Origin: Mustelus asterias
Taxonomy: Eukaryota
Direction of reading: 5' to 3'
Assembly: GCF_964213995.1 (NCBI RefSeq)
Contig: NC_135804.1
Coordinates: 113,522,001 to 113,586,000, forward strand
Length of the DNA: 64,000 nucleotides
Shown: one piece after another, positions 53,345-64,000 of the stretch
Position numbering within the stretch: the stretch's first letter is position 1
Layout of the letters: each line of letters opens with the position of its first letter
Translations under genes and position numbers: made by a program
Notes under the pieces: model-generated
The model's database searches: none
Seen by the model: the letters and a program-made list of their open reading frames with translations, nothing else
Told to the model about the DNA's origin: nothing

Positions 53345-55970
53345 ATGGCAAACTGCCGGCTCCAAGTGGAGAGGATCTCCAAGAAGATTGCGCATATCGA
53401 CACAGACATCAAGTTTCTACAAAGATGCAAGAAAGCAGACAAGATACCGAAAGGAATACAGATCACGAACCCACTCAGGTCAACCCATAACACAGACTAC
53501 GCTGTCGCACCTCTCACACTCCTCAACTACCTCATACACCAGTTCTACAGCGAACACCGCATCCTGGAAACCAAGATAGAGTTCTCAACTTGCGCTCAGG
53601 ACGCAGACCAGCTGTGAAACCCTGCCAAGCAGACGAGACAAAGGAACTACGCCATCTACATGCACATCAAGAACAGGAAACTTGAGAAACTCGGCATCAC
53701 CACCAGCAGCAACCAAGCCCCCCCCAGTACCAGAGTAGGAAACAGTACCACTGCAGGGAAGTCCATTGTTAATTTGTCGGACTACACACTTCAACCAGAT
53801 TAAATCGAAGTTCTCAGCTGAGGGCTCAATTTCTGCCCCACCACCAAAATAGACCCCATCAGTCTCGCAGCGGACAGAGGAATTCATCAGGCGCATGAGG
53901 CTGCGGGAGTTCTTCCACAAACTCCAAGGAGGCCAACAGCGAACACAATGAGACAGCCAATGAACCGGAACAGCCAACAGAGATCCACGGTGCAGCAAAC
54001 AACGAGGAAAGAGTTGAATTGGACTCCTCCGGAAGGCCGCTGCCCTCGACTCGACATGCATGCCCAAGCCGCTAGAAGGTGCATCAATGCCAGACTCATC
54101 AGCCGTACTCAAGACAGCCCTGAATGTCACCCAAGCACAACGCAACGCCATTCGCGCTCTCAAGACCAACCGCAACATTATCAAACCAGCAGACAGAGGG
54201 GCCACCTCATACTGAACAGAATGGATTACTGCAAAGAAGTGTACCGACAATTGAACAATGAGGAACACTACAGACAGTTACCCACAGATCTGACCAAAGA
54301 ACACATCCGTCAACTCAACAGACTGATCAAGACCTTTGATCCGGACCTTCAGAGGACCCTCCATGCTCTCATCCCACGTACTCCCCGCGTTGGAGATCTC
54401 TACTGCCTCCCGAAGATACACAAGGCCAAAACACCCGGCCGTCCCATTGTATCGGGCAATGGGACCCTGTGCGAGAACCTCTCCGGCTATGTCGAGGGCA
54501 TCCTGAAACCCATTGTACAAAGAACCCCCAGCTTTTGTCGCGACACTCCGGACTTCCTACAGAAACTCAGCACACATGGAGCAGTTGAACCAGGAGCACT
54601 CCTCGTCACAATGGATGTCTCGGCACTCTACGCCAGCATCCCCCACGACGATGGCATTGCCGCAACTGCCTCAGTACTCAACACCGACAACTGCCAATCT
54701 CCAGATGCAATTTTACAACTCATCCGCTTCATTCTGGACCACAATGTCTTCACCTTCAACAACCAGTTCTTCATCTAGACACACGGGACAGCCATGGGGA
54801 CCAAATTCGCACCTCAATATGCCAACATCTTCATGCACAGGTTCGAAAACAACCTCTTCACCGCACAGGACCTTCAACCAATGCTATACATTAGATACAT
54901 CGATGACATTTTCTTCCTTTGGACTCATGTCGAACAATCACTGAAACAACTATATGATGACATCAACAAGTTCCATCCCACCATCAGACTCACCATGGAC
55001 TACTCTCCGGAATCGGTTGCATTCTTGGACACACGCATCTCCATTAAGGACAGTCACCTCAGCACCTCACTGTACTGCAAGCCCACGGATAACCTCATGA
55101 TGCTCCACTTCTCCAGCTTCCACCCTAAACACGTTAAAGAAGCCATCCCCTACGGACAAGCCCTCCGTATACACAGGATCTGCTCAGATGAGGAGGATCG
55201 CAACAGACAACTCCAGATGCTGAAGGATGCCCTCATAAGAACAGGATATGGAGCTCAACTCATCGATTGACAGTTCAGACGTGCCACAGCAAAAAACCAC
55301 ACCGACCTCCTAAGAAGACAAACACGGGACACGGCGGACAGAGTACCCTTCGTAGTCCAGTACTTCCCCGGAGTGGAGAAGCTACGACATCTTCTCCGAA
55401 GCCTTCAACATGTCATCGATGAAGATGAACATCTTGCCAAGGCCATTCCCACACCCCCCTTTTTGCTTTCAAACAACCGCACAACCTCAAACAGACCATT
55501 GTCCGCAGCAAACTACCCAGCCTTCAGGAGAACAGTGACCACGACACTACACAACCCTGCCACAGTAACCTCTGCAAGACATGCCAGATCATTGACATGG
55601 ATACCATCATCTCACGTGAGAACACCATCCACCAGGTACACGGTACATACTCTTGCAACTCGGTCAACGTTGTCTACCTGATACGCTGCAGGAAAGGATG
55701 TCCTAAGGCATGGTACATTGGGGAGACCATGCAGACGCTACGACAACGGATGAATGAACACCGCTTGACAATCACCAGGCAGGAATGTTCTCTTCCTGTT
55801 GGGGAACACTTCAGCAGTCACGGCCATTCAGCCTCTGATCGTCGGGTAAACGTTCTCCAAGGCGGCCTTCACGACAACGCAGAATCGCTGAGCAAAAACT
55901 GATAACCAAGTTCCGCACACATGATGTTGGCCTCAACTGGGATCTTGGGTTCATGTCACATTATTTGTAA
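53345..55970 (+). pseudogene. Penelope RT plus GIY-YIG endonuclease ORF, disrupted
   Basis: LPKIHK, PGRPIVS, TMDVSALY, GTAMG, RYIDD, Cys-rich linker CHSNLCKTC, VVYLIRC..WYIGET; several stops and frameshifts. Confidence 0.92.
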
Positions 55971-56173
55971 CCCCCACAACTTGCCTGGACTTGCATAATC
56001 TCACTAACTGTCCTGGCTGGAGACAATACACATCTCTTCGACCTGTGCTTAACCCTCTCTCCACTCTCATTGTCTGTACCTTTAAGACTTGATTACCTGT
56101 AAAGACTCGTATTCCAACCATTATCTTGTAAATTGAGTTTGTGTCTTTATATGCCCTGTTTGTGAACTGAAAT

Positions 56174-56214
56174 CCCACTCACCTGATGAAGGAGCAGTGC
56201 TCTGAAAGCTTGTA
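56174..56214 (+). ncRNA. Minimal hammerhead ribozyme motif (stem I weakened)
   Basis: CAC-CUGAUGA-A-GGAGC-AGU-GCUCU-GAAA-GC-UU-GUA. Confidence 0.65.
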
Positions 56215-59200
56215 CTGCCAAATAAACCTGTTGGACTTTAACCTGGTGTTGTGAGACTTCTTACTGTGTTTACCCCAGTCCAACGCTGGCATCTCCACAT
56301 CATGATAATAAAGGAACAGCAATATGTTCCCAAGTCAAAATTGTTGTCGATTTGGAGGGTAACCAGCTAGTGCCCGGCGTTCTCATGCACCTGCTGCCCT
56401 TGTCCTTCTAGGTTGCAGAGTTCATGGGTTTAGGATGTACTATGGAAGGAATCTTGGCAAGTTGTTGCTGTGTTTCTGGTAAATAGTACAAACTGCACCA
56501 TGGTGCACAGAGTAAATGCAAAAGATGGTGGATGGGGTGCTGATCAAATGATTGCTTTGCCCTGGATGGCATTGGGTTTTCTCAGTAATTGGGGATGCAC
56601 TCATCCACTCAAGTGGACAATATTCCATCATACCCTTCTCGTGTGCTATGAAGGATTGTGGAAAAGCACTGGGGACATAGAATGCGGATCGCTTGTGCCA
56701 AAATCCCAGACTCTGATCTGCTCTTGAGGTCACAATACCTATATAGCTAGTCTGGAAAAGTTTCTGGTTAATGGTGACACCCTCTCAGAGTGGGGGATTT
56801 GATTATAGCAATGTTGTTGGATATCCAGGAGGGTGATGACACTCCCTCTTGTTGGAATGGCTATTGCCTGGTAAGTGATACATAATTTGTGCCACACATC
56901 AGCTCTTGCCAAGTGTGCATACATTACTGCAATGCATCATTACCCAATATATTTGTCAGCTCGAAAGAACTATCAGCGAAATCAGAAGGGGACAGCAACA
57001 AGTGGAACAAATCTAAATGAAAGAGTCCAAACTGCCCAGGGTAAGATGTAAAAGTACATCTGACCTCTGAAGTTTGATACAGTGGAAATCAAACTGGCAC
57101 GAAAGGCAGGCACTGTTGATATCACTGAAAAAAAAATTCAGATGCAATACAGGATAATAATAGGAATATAGTATTCATTAGCCTAAAACAGACCTTGCCT
57201 ACAATTTTACTTGACTTGCACAAACTTACAAATGCTGGTTAAATTCGCTGTGCCTTTTGTGTTCTTTTTAATAGGCAAAATAAGATTTCACTAAAATGTC
57301 CAACTATCAACTTATTCCATAAAGGTTTCTTACTGTATTGAACTGTTAATTTTCCCAATTCATATTATTTACTATCCACCTATTTCAGAGATGCCGAAAC
57401 TCCATGTTGTGCAGGTTTTCTACATTAAAGGGTAAACAAAGTGTAAACTAATTTTACAAAATTTTGCAACTTATTTTAAAACATGTGTATTTTGAAGTTA
57501 TTTCATATTTTCCCATCCTTTAACTCTGAAGAATAGTCTACTTGTTGGCCAACAGAACAGATACTCCTGGATCCCCTCTACTCAAATCAAGCTGCAAGAT
57601 CAGTCTGAAATTAATTACCTTCTGATCTTTTCCCTATTCTTGTGGGAAAAACGTTTTTAAAAAGTACTTCAAGATAGATGACACCGACAAGCCTGCATTT
57701 ATTGCCCATCCCGAGTTGTTCTGAGAAGGTAGAACTGGAACCATTATAGTCCTTAGGCACACAGTGTCACTACAATAATATTAGACAGGGTATTCAGGAT
57801 TGATCATTAAGCAAAGGTTCTATATGTGGAAGTTAGGATGATGTGCTATTCAATGAGACTCCCGAGATCTTTCCTGCTTCTGCACCCACCTCTAATATCA
57901 CAGTTCATTGGAGTTCATCATGTAAAACTGCATCAATTTACTGTGCAGTTTAATATATTATTGTAGCAACAAATTGCTGCATCAAGATAAAAGCGACCAA
58001 CAACGTTGGACAGGGAAATATGTCTAAAGGGTTAACTTTTCTCGAGAACTGGAGAAGGAAACAGCCTCTCTCCATGCCACAATGTTCTATGATTCCAAGT
58101 GCAGAGTCTACCACATCCTCCTCAATATAAGGTTAAACAGTATCATTGTGTACAGACACATTTCCAAGTCGGGGCTGGTGTGGAGATAAAAAGTTCAAAT
58201 AATTTGTAGCACAACAGTTACAATTATTACTGATTCTTCTATTTAATCACCTGCTATTTTCCTACAAAAAAGCAAGCAGGCAAGCAGTCTTGCCATCAAC
58301 AGTTTGATCATGGTATAAATTCTCACGTATTCCCAAGTGTGCATGTATGCATAACATGGCTAAAATACAAGATACAATATTTAACCACAATTGCTTTCAA
58401 AGACATCAAGACTTCTCATGACAAGTTTCAATCAGTTCACTTTTGTATTATGTTACCCTTCACCACTAAAAGTATCCATACATATTGCAGAGATTTCCAA
58501 GAAACATACCCAGGGTGAGATAAATGTCCATGAAACATAATTATCGGCATCAGCCACAAGAAACAAAAAACCTCACCAGACTTGTGAATGGTTAAAGTGA
58601 AACGGAGTACATAAATGAACGTAATGCTGTTTATCGTTTTAAAGATTGCACAAGAGGAATTAAGATCCATGTGATACAAGATATGTATATACAGTATGAC
58701 AGACTAATTGTATTATACATTTGAAACTTGCTATCAAATGTTAAAAATAGGATTTCTGAGAATCCGCAGTATTTGGTTTTTGTATCAAAAATGTCATGCA
58801 GTATTGCAGCTCTGAAGTACTTAAAACCATCAAAGGCAAATTTTAACTGCATCATCAAACTGATGAAGCATTCCAGTGATAAATTAGCTTCCCCCAGTTT
58901 CACTCCACCACCACCGCTCCCACCCCCCAAGCTTCAATGACCGTTATAGTGCAGGCATGGAAAATTCCAAACACTATAGCACATTAAATCGTTTTGGCAG
59001 ATATGCTGATTCGCCAAATGAACCTTTCAAAAACAGGTTCTAGAAAGCCTACTTAGCAACCACATGCAGTCTCTTATAGGCAACAGCCTAAATAATAGAT
59101 AAAAATTGCTTAACAGACTTGTATGACAACAGCTTGTCTTCTATTTTCAAGGAGATGTTTATTTTAAATAGATTAAACAGTTCTGGTAAAACACACATGA

Positions 59201-59368
59201 GGAATGATACAAAAACATGTTAAGCATCATCACTACCATTATCACTGCAAGTCATTCTCACATCAGGTCTAGGAGATGGGTTGATTGCTGAGCAAGCTTA
59301 TAGAATGACTATTCAAACCTCACAAAGACAGTCCTAGGGTTATCTATCTCGCTGCTGAGTTAACTGAC

Positions 59369-59523
59369 TTTAGCCAGGCTTATATTGGCTGCAGCAATCT
59401 TGCTGAAAATGGGCACTAAGGGTAAAGCCAAGATTCTAGCTTGGTGACATTCATTATCCAGGCCTCCATACGCATAAAAGACAAATGCCGAGATTCCATA
59501 AAGCACAAAGTACCATTGTATCC
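59369..59523 (-). other. Candidate coding exon of unknown identity
   Basis: Pyrimidine tract plus AG, one open frame IQWYFVLYGISAFVFYAYGGLDNECHQARILALPLVPIFSKIAAANISLAK, GTCAGT donor; no family recognised. Confidence 0.3.
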
Positions 59524-60734
59524 CTTTAGCAGGGAAAGGGAAAGAACAACGTGGCAGGAATATTTTGCAAAAATTAAAAAGGACTGGCACAAAATTCGGC
59601 TTTAGGAATACTTTTGGAAACTCAAACCTTACATAAATAGTTGATCAGAAAAATAAATAATTCTCTCTACTCAGAATTGAATCTGGCATGTGATAATTTT
59701 CCAGGATCTGAATCTGACTGAATGTAATGTGAATCGGTTAGTCAATGTCTGAGATTAGATTCAAAATGTCCTAAATATCTCTGACACAAACATCAGACTC
59801 CATCACAAAAATCCACCATGAAACTTTGAGGTTAGGATTCTTATTTTGCGTATTAAAGTGCATAAATTGATGGGGAAAAAATAATCCTTTTATTTCTGTT
59901 TAAATTTTCCCTTCTTTGTTTTGTCCCATAGCTATTTGAAAATTTTCCACCTCATCATAACTATGTGCACATACCCCCACACTCAGAATCAAGCACTGTA
60001 TTTTCCTGGTGCTTTCTACCTTGTTGCCATCGTGGGCTCAACAAGACGTAACTCCACAGCAGCAAGATTAAACTAAAACTGTTATGATGAGTTTCTCTCT
60101 TTTGCAAAAAAATGTAAGTGCGGGATGATGTAGGAAAACCTCTCAAGCATTCTTAACACCGTGATTATTTTTATGGATAAATGTAACGATTTTTGTTCCA
60201 GATATATGATTTTATGTGCTTATTATATTACATGTTACCTCCATCTTTATACATTCGGCCAATAGTAGTGCAAATACATTATGAACAATTTGACTGATCC
60301 TTTTTCATGCACTAATCTGATTGCAGCCTTCTTTTAAAAACAGGATTTTTTGCTGGTTACTTGTTCCTCATTGATACCTCCTGCATCACTTTGCTTTATG
60401 TAAAGTGAACTGTCATTGACATCCAAACTTGTAACATTTCTGCAAACTGGACTCCAAAATATACTGACACTTTAGCAGAAAGAGGGAAAAAAGTTCCTTG
60501 GACTGTAATTCAGTATCTGTTCCAAAACTGTTGGATTGCAGTATGGCTTTCTTCACTGCATACTTTATCACCTTATTAAAGGACAATTGAGAGAAAACCT
60601 TAATGAAACAAGGTAACTAATCCTAGATGATAACTCAAAGTAATCAAATCGATTATCAAGAGAAAATGTAAGAATTAATAGTATGGCAATAGCCCAATAA
60701 ATAGTAATCAACTGGATTTGGATGGAAATTATCC

Positions 60735-61330
60735 TATATAAAACAAAGAAAATTACAGCACAGGAACAGGCCCTTCGGTCCTCCAAGCCTGCACCGACCA
60801 TGCTGCCCGACTTAACTAAAACCCTCTACCCTTCCGGGGACTATATCCCTCTATTCCCATCCTATTCATGTACTTGTCAAGACGCCCCTTAGAAGTCACT
60901 ACCGTATCTGTTTCCAATACCTCCCCCAGCAATGAGTTCCAGGCACCTGCAACTCTGTAAAAAATCTGCCTCGTACATCTCCTTTAAACCTATGCCCCTA
61001 GTAATTGACTCTTCCACCTTGGGAAAAAGCTTCTGACTATCCACTCTGTCCATGCCTCTCATAATCTTGTGGGCTTCTATCAGGTCTCCCCTTAACCTCC
61101 GTTGCTCCAGTGAGAACAAATTAAGTTTCTCCAACCTCTCCTCATAGCTAATGCCCTCCATACCAGGTAACATCTTGGTAAATCTTTTCTGTACCCTCTC
61201 CAAAGCCTCCACATCCTTCTGGTAGTGTGGCGACCAGAATTGAACACTATATTATATTCCAAGTGCGGCCTAACTCAGGTTCTATAAAGCTGCAACATGA
61301 CTTGCCAATTTTTAAACTCAATGCCCCGGC
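60735..61330 (-). mobile_element. CR1 3' fragment
   Basis: ALERVQKRFTKMLPG...RLRGDLIE. Confidence 0.9.
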
Positions 61331-63038
61331 ATTGTGTTCAAAATGGCAAATATTCTTGAGTTTTTGAAGAAAGTTGCATCTCAAGTGGTGTTCCTTGGGA
61401 TCCAACTAAGTTCTTCAGGAAAGCCTATTTTTAAGCTCAAAATTTACAGTAAATAACGTGATCAGATAAGAAGTTGGCTCAGGGGTAGGAAGTAATAGTT
61501 AAGTGTTTGAGGAATTATGTTACAAACTGCTGTTTCAAACACTAGTGTTTCCTACTTCTTTAACTGGGATTTTTAAAAAAATGATCAGGTGTTACTAAAC
61601 TAGCAGGGACAGAGAGTCTTGTTGAGCAGGGCTGGAAACTTCTAAATAAGAAATCAGTCAAATGGGCAAAATGACAATAGATGAAATTTGATACTGTCAA
61701 GTGCACCTGGAAGAGAAAATGGATGACTGAAATCCGGATGATCAAGAATGAATGCTTAACATAAATATTGATCTGAAACAGCAAAATAAATAGCATCTAA
61801 AGAGTCATTGGGAGTCATGTCTATACCATGTGGCTTTCTGGTCAGAATACCTTTAGCATTGTGTCCAGTTATAATCACTGAGTAAAAGAAGTAATTCAAT
61901 CCTTTGGTCAATCACAAGACTAGTCCTGAGCATTTCCCTAACAGGAGACTGGATAAACTTGACCTTTAAAACCATGAAAGGTGAATGAAAGAAGTGAAGG
62001 GTCTACAGAGAACCAATTTAGTAAATGTAAATCCAGAATATTACCTCAAGCTATCACAACTGTTACAGTAGGACAAGATGGCACAGGTATAAACTAACAA
62101 AAAAATTTCTTTCCACAGAGTGACGAAAGTACGGAGTCAATTTTCACATAGGGGAATGGAGGTAAATACCCTGAAAAAAAAAGATTTGGATGCACGAATA
62201 GAGGACAACAAGACACTTCCGCTAGGTGAGCCTTCTGCATCTGTATGCGCCTTGAAGTAGCCTGGGGATATGTGGAAAAGATTTACGTGAAAGCGTCATA
62301 CACAGTACTGAAGATGTATACATGATAAGTATCTTCTGGCAAACATTTCCATACACCTGTTATTCAAAATGTACCCTCCCATATGTGGCGCAGAAAATGT
62401 TGCAACCATTTGCTATTCAGCAGAAAATGAAAGTTATGATAGTATTTCAAACAGGAACAAATATTTCAACATTATGACATGAAATACATTGGAACATTGT
62501 TCAAGAATAAAGATGTTGGGGGGGATTGAGGGGTTTTGATAGAGCAACTAAGAAAAAGGATTTGGAACCAGAGGGGACAGATTTAGAAAAATTAGCAAAA
62601 GAAAAACCTGGTGAAAAAGGGATATTTATTTTAAACATGAGTTATGATTTGGAATGGACTGCCTGAAAGTGTGGCAGAAGTAGATTCAATAGTAACTTTC
62701 AAAATGGATTTGGATATATTCCTGGAAAGGAAATATTTACAAGACTATGGAGAAAGAGCAGAGAAACGGAAAGAATTGGACAGCTTTTTCAAAGAGCAGG
62801 TACAGGCAGAACAGGGCAAATTATTTGATGATGAAAGGTTAAATCGAAGAAGTTTACATTTAGATAGTGCTGGTCGTGACCTCAAGATGTCCCAAAATGA
62901 TTTCCAGCTAAGTATTTTAGAAGCACAGTCATTGTGTAGGAAGCACAGCAGCCCATTTTGCATGCAGTGAAGTTCCCACATGCAACATGATGATGACCAA
63001 ATCATCTGTTTAATGATGTTGGCTGAGGGATAAATATT

Positions 63039-63640
63039 GTAAGAAGTTTAACAACACCAGGTTAAAGTCCAACAGGTTTATTTGGTAGCAAAAGCCACAC
63101 AAGCTTTCGGAGCTGCAAGCCCCTTCTTCAGGTGAGTGGGAATTCTGTTCACAAACAGAGCATATAAAGACACAACCTCAATTTACACGAATAATGGTTG
63201 GAATGCGAATACTTACAACTAATCAAGTCTTTAAGAAACAAAACAATGTGAGTGGAGAGAGCATCAAGACAGGCTAAAAAGATGTGTATTGTCTCCAGAC
63301 AAGACAGCCAGTGAAACTCTGTGGGGGTTACAAATAGTGTGCCATGAACCCAATATCCCGGTTGAGGCCGTCCTCGTGTGTGCGGAACTTGGCTATCAGT
63401 TTCTGCTCAGCGACTCTGCGCCGTCGTGTGTCGCGAAGGCCGCCTTGGAGAACGCTTACCCGAATATCAGAGGCCGAATGCCCGTGACCGCTGAAGTGCT
63501 CCCCAACAGGAAGAGAACAGTCTTGCCTGGTGATTGTCGAGCGGTGTTCATTCATCCGTTGTCGCAGCGTCTGCATAGTTTCCCCAATGTACCATGCCTC
63601 GGGACATCCTTTCTTGCAGCGTATCAGGTAGACAACGTTG
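63039..63640 (-). mobile_element. Penelope 3' fragment (GIY-YIG plus pLTR) inserted in a Deu-SINE
   Basis: Nearly identical to 22603-23220; followed by an unrelated GC-rich repeat running to the window end. Confidence 0.92.
63095..63140 (-). ncRNA. Minimal type I hammerhead ribozyme motif
   Basis: CCACUCAC-CUGAAGA-A-GGGGCU-UGC-AGCUCC-GAAA-GC-UU-GUGUGG. Confidence 0.8.
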
Positions 63641-64000
63641 TGGTGGAGAACGGGTCCACTGCCACTCTGCCCGAGATCGGTGGGAGGGGGGGGATGGGGG
63701 TGGTGGATAAGGGGGTCAGTAATGTTGTGGGGGTGGGGCAATGTCTGTGTGGGCCAGGGGGAGATATTATCTGGCCCGGGAGGGATGTGGTAGGGGAGCA
63801 GCATTCTATCATTTCTTGTCCCGTGCACGCGCAGTTGGAGGTGCCGATCAGAGCTGCAGGGTTTCTGGCTGTTAAGACCCACCCACAGGCTGCTGTAGCA
63901 CGATTCGGATTCATTGATATTTTTGCAGGAAGAGTGTATATGGGGGCGCCTGAGAAAGGGTCTAAAAGTCGGATCTGAAACACTCCCAGTTTCAAGTCCG

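Larger units (their letters stand above)
52949..56303 (+). mobile_element. Full-length decayed Penelope-like element (Neptune-like) with an inverted pLTR at 52949-53241
   Basis: Partial 5' pLTR 53242-53344, ORF, 3' pLTR; TSD ga(c/t)aataaagg at 52938-52948 and 56304-56314; interrupts an older minus-strand LINE. Confidence 0.93.

Noticed and set aside
53345-55970. In-frame TGA codons as selenocysteine (as in Naiad PLEs)
   Set aside because: TAA/TAG stops and frameshifts also occur; the TGAs fit CGA-to-TGA CpG decay.
1-64000. CRISPR array or prokaryotic RT/defence system
   Set aside because: No repeat-spacer array or operon structure; all RTs are eukaryotic LINE or PLE type.

Overview
Repeat-rich vertebrate DNA, very likely elasmobranch (shark): it carries HE1-type V-SINEs, CR1/HER1-like LINEs and a SacSINE1-like Deu-SINE. 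Most ORFs in the track are retroelement fragments or spurious. The only clearly recognisable host coding sequence is an 84-bp minus-strand exon (7513-7596) of a TMEM33-like gene. The rest is CR1, L2, RTE and Rex1 LINE remnants, SINEs, DNA-transposon MITEs and LTR-like pieces. The main signal is a set of Penelope-like (PLE) insertions carrying minimal type I hammerhead ribozyme (HHR) motifs: a decayed full-length RT+GIY-YIG element, a 1.6-kb foldback with 687-bp arms, a 3' fragment, and short non-coding HHR elements of two other families. One of these has a compensated U3-A8 core. Five of these insertions are flanked by 10-13-bp target-site duplications (TSDs). All calls were made by eye; no searches or folding programs were run.
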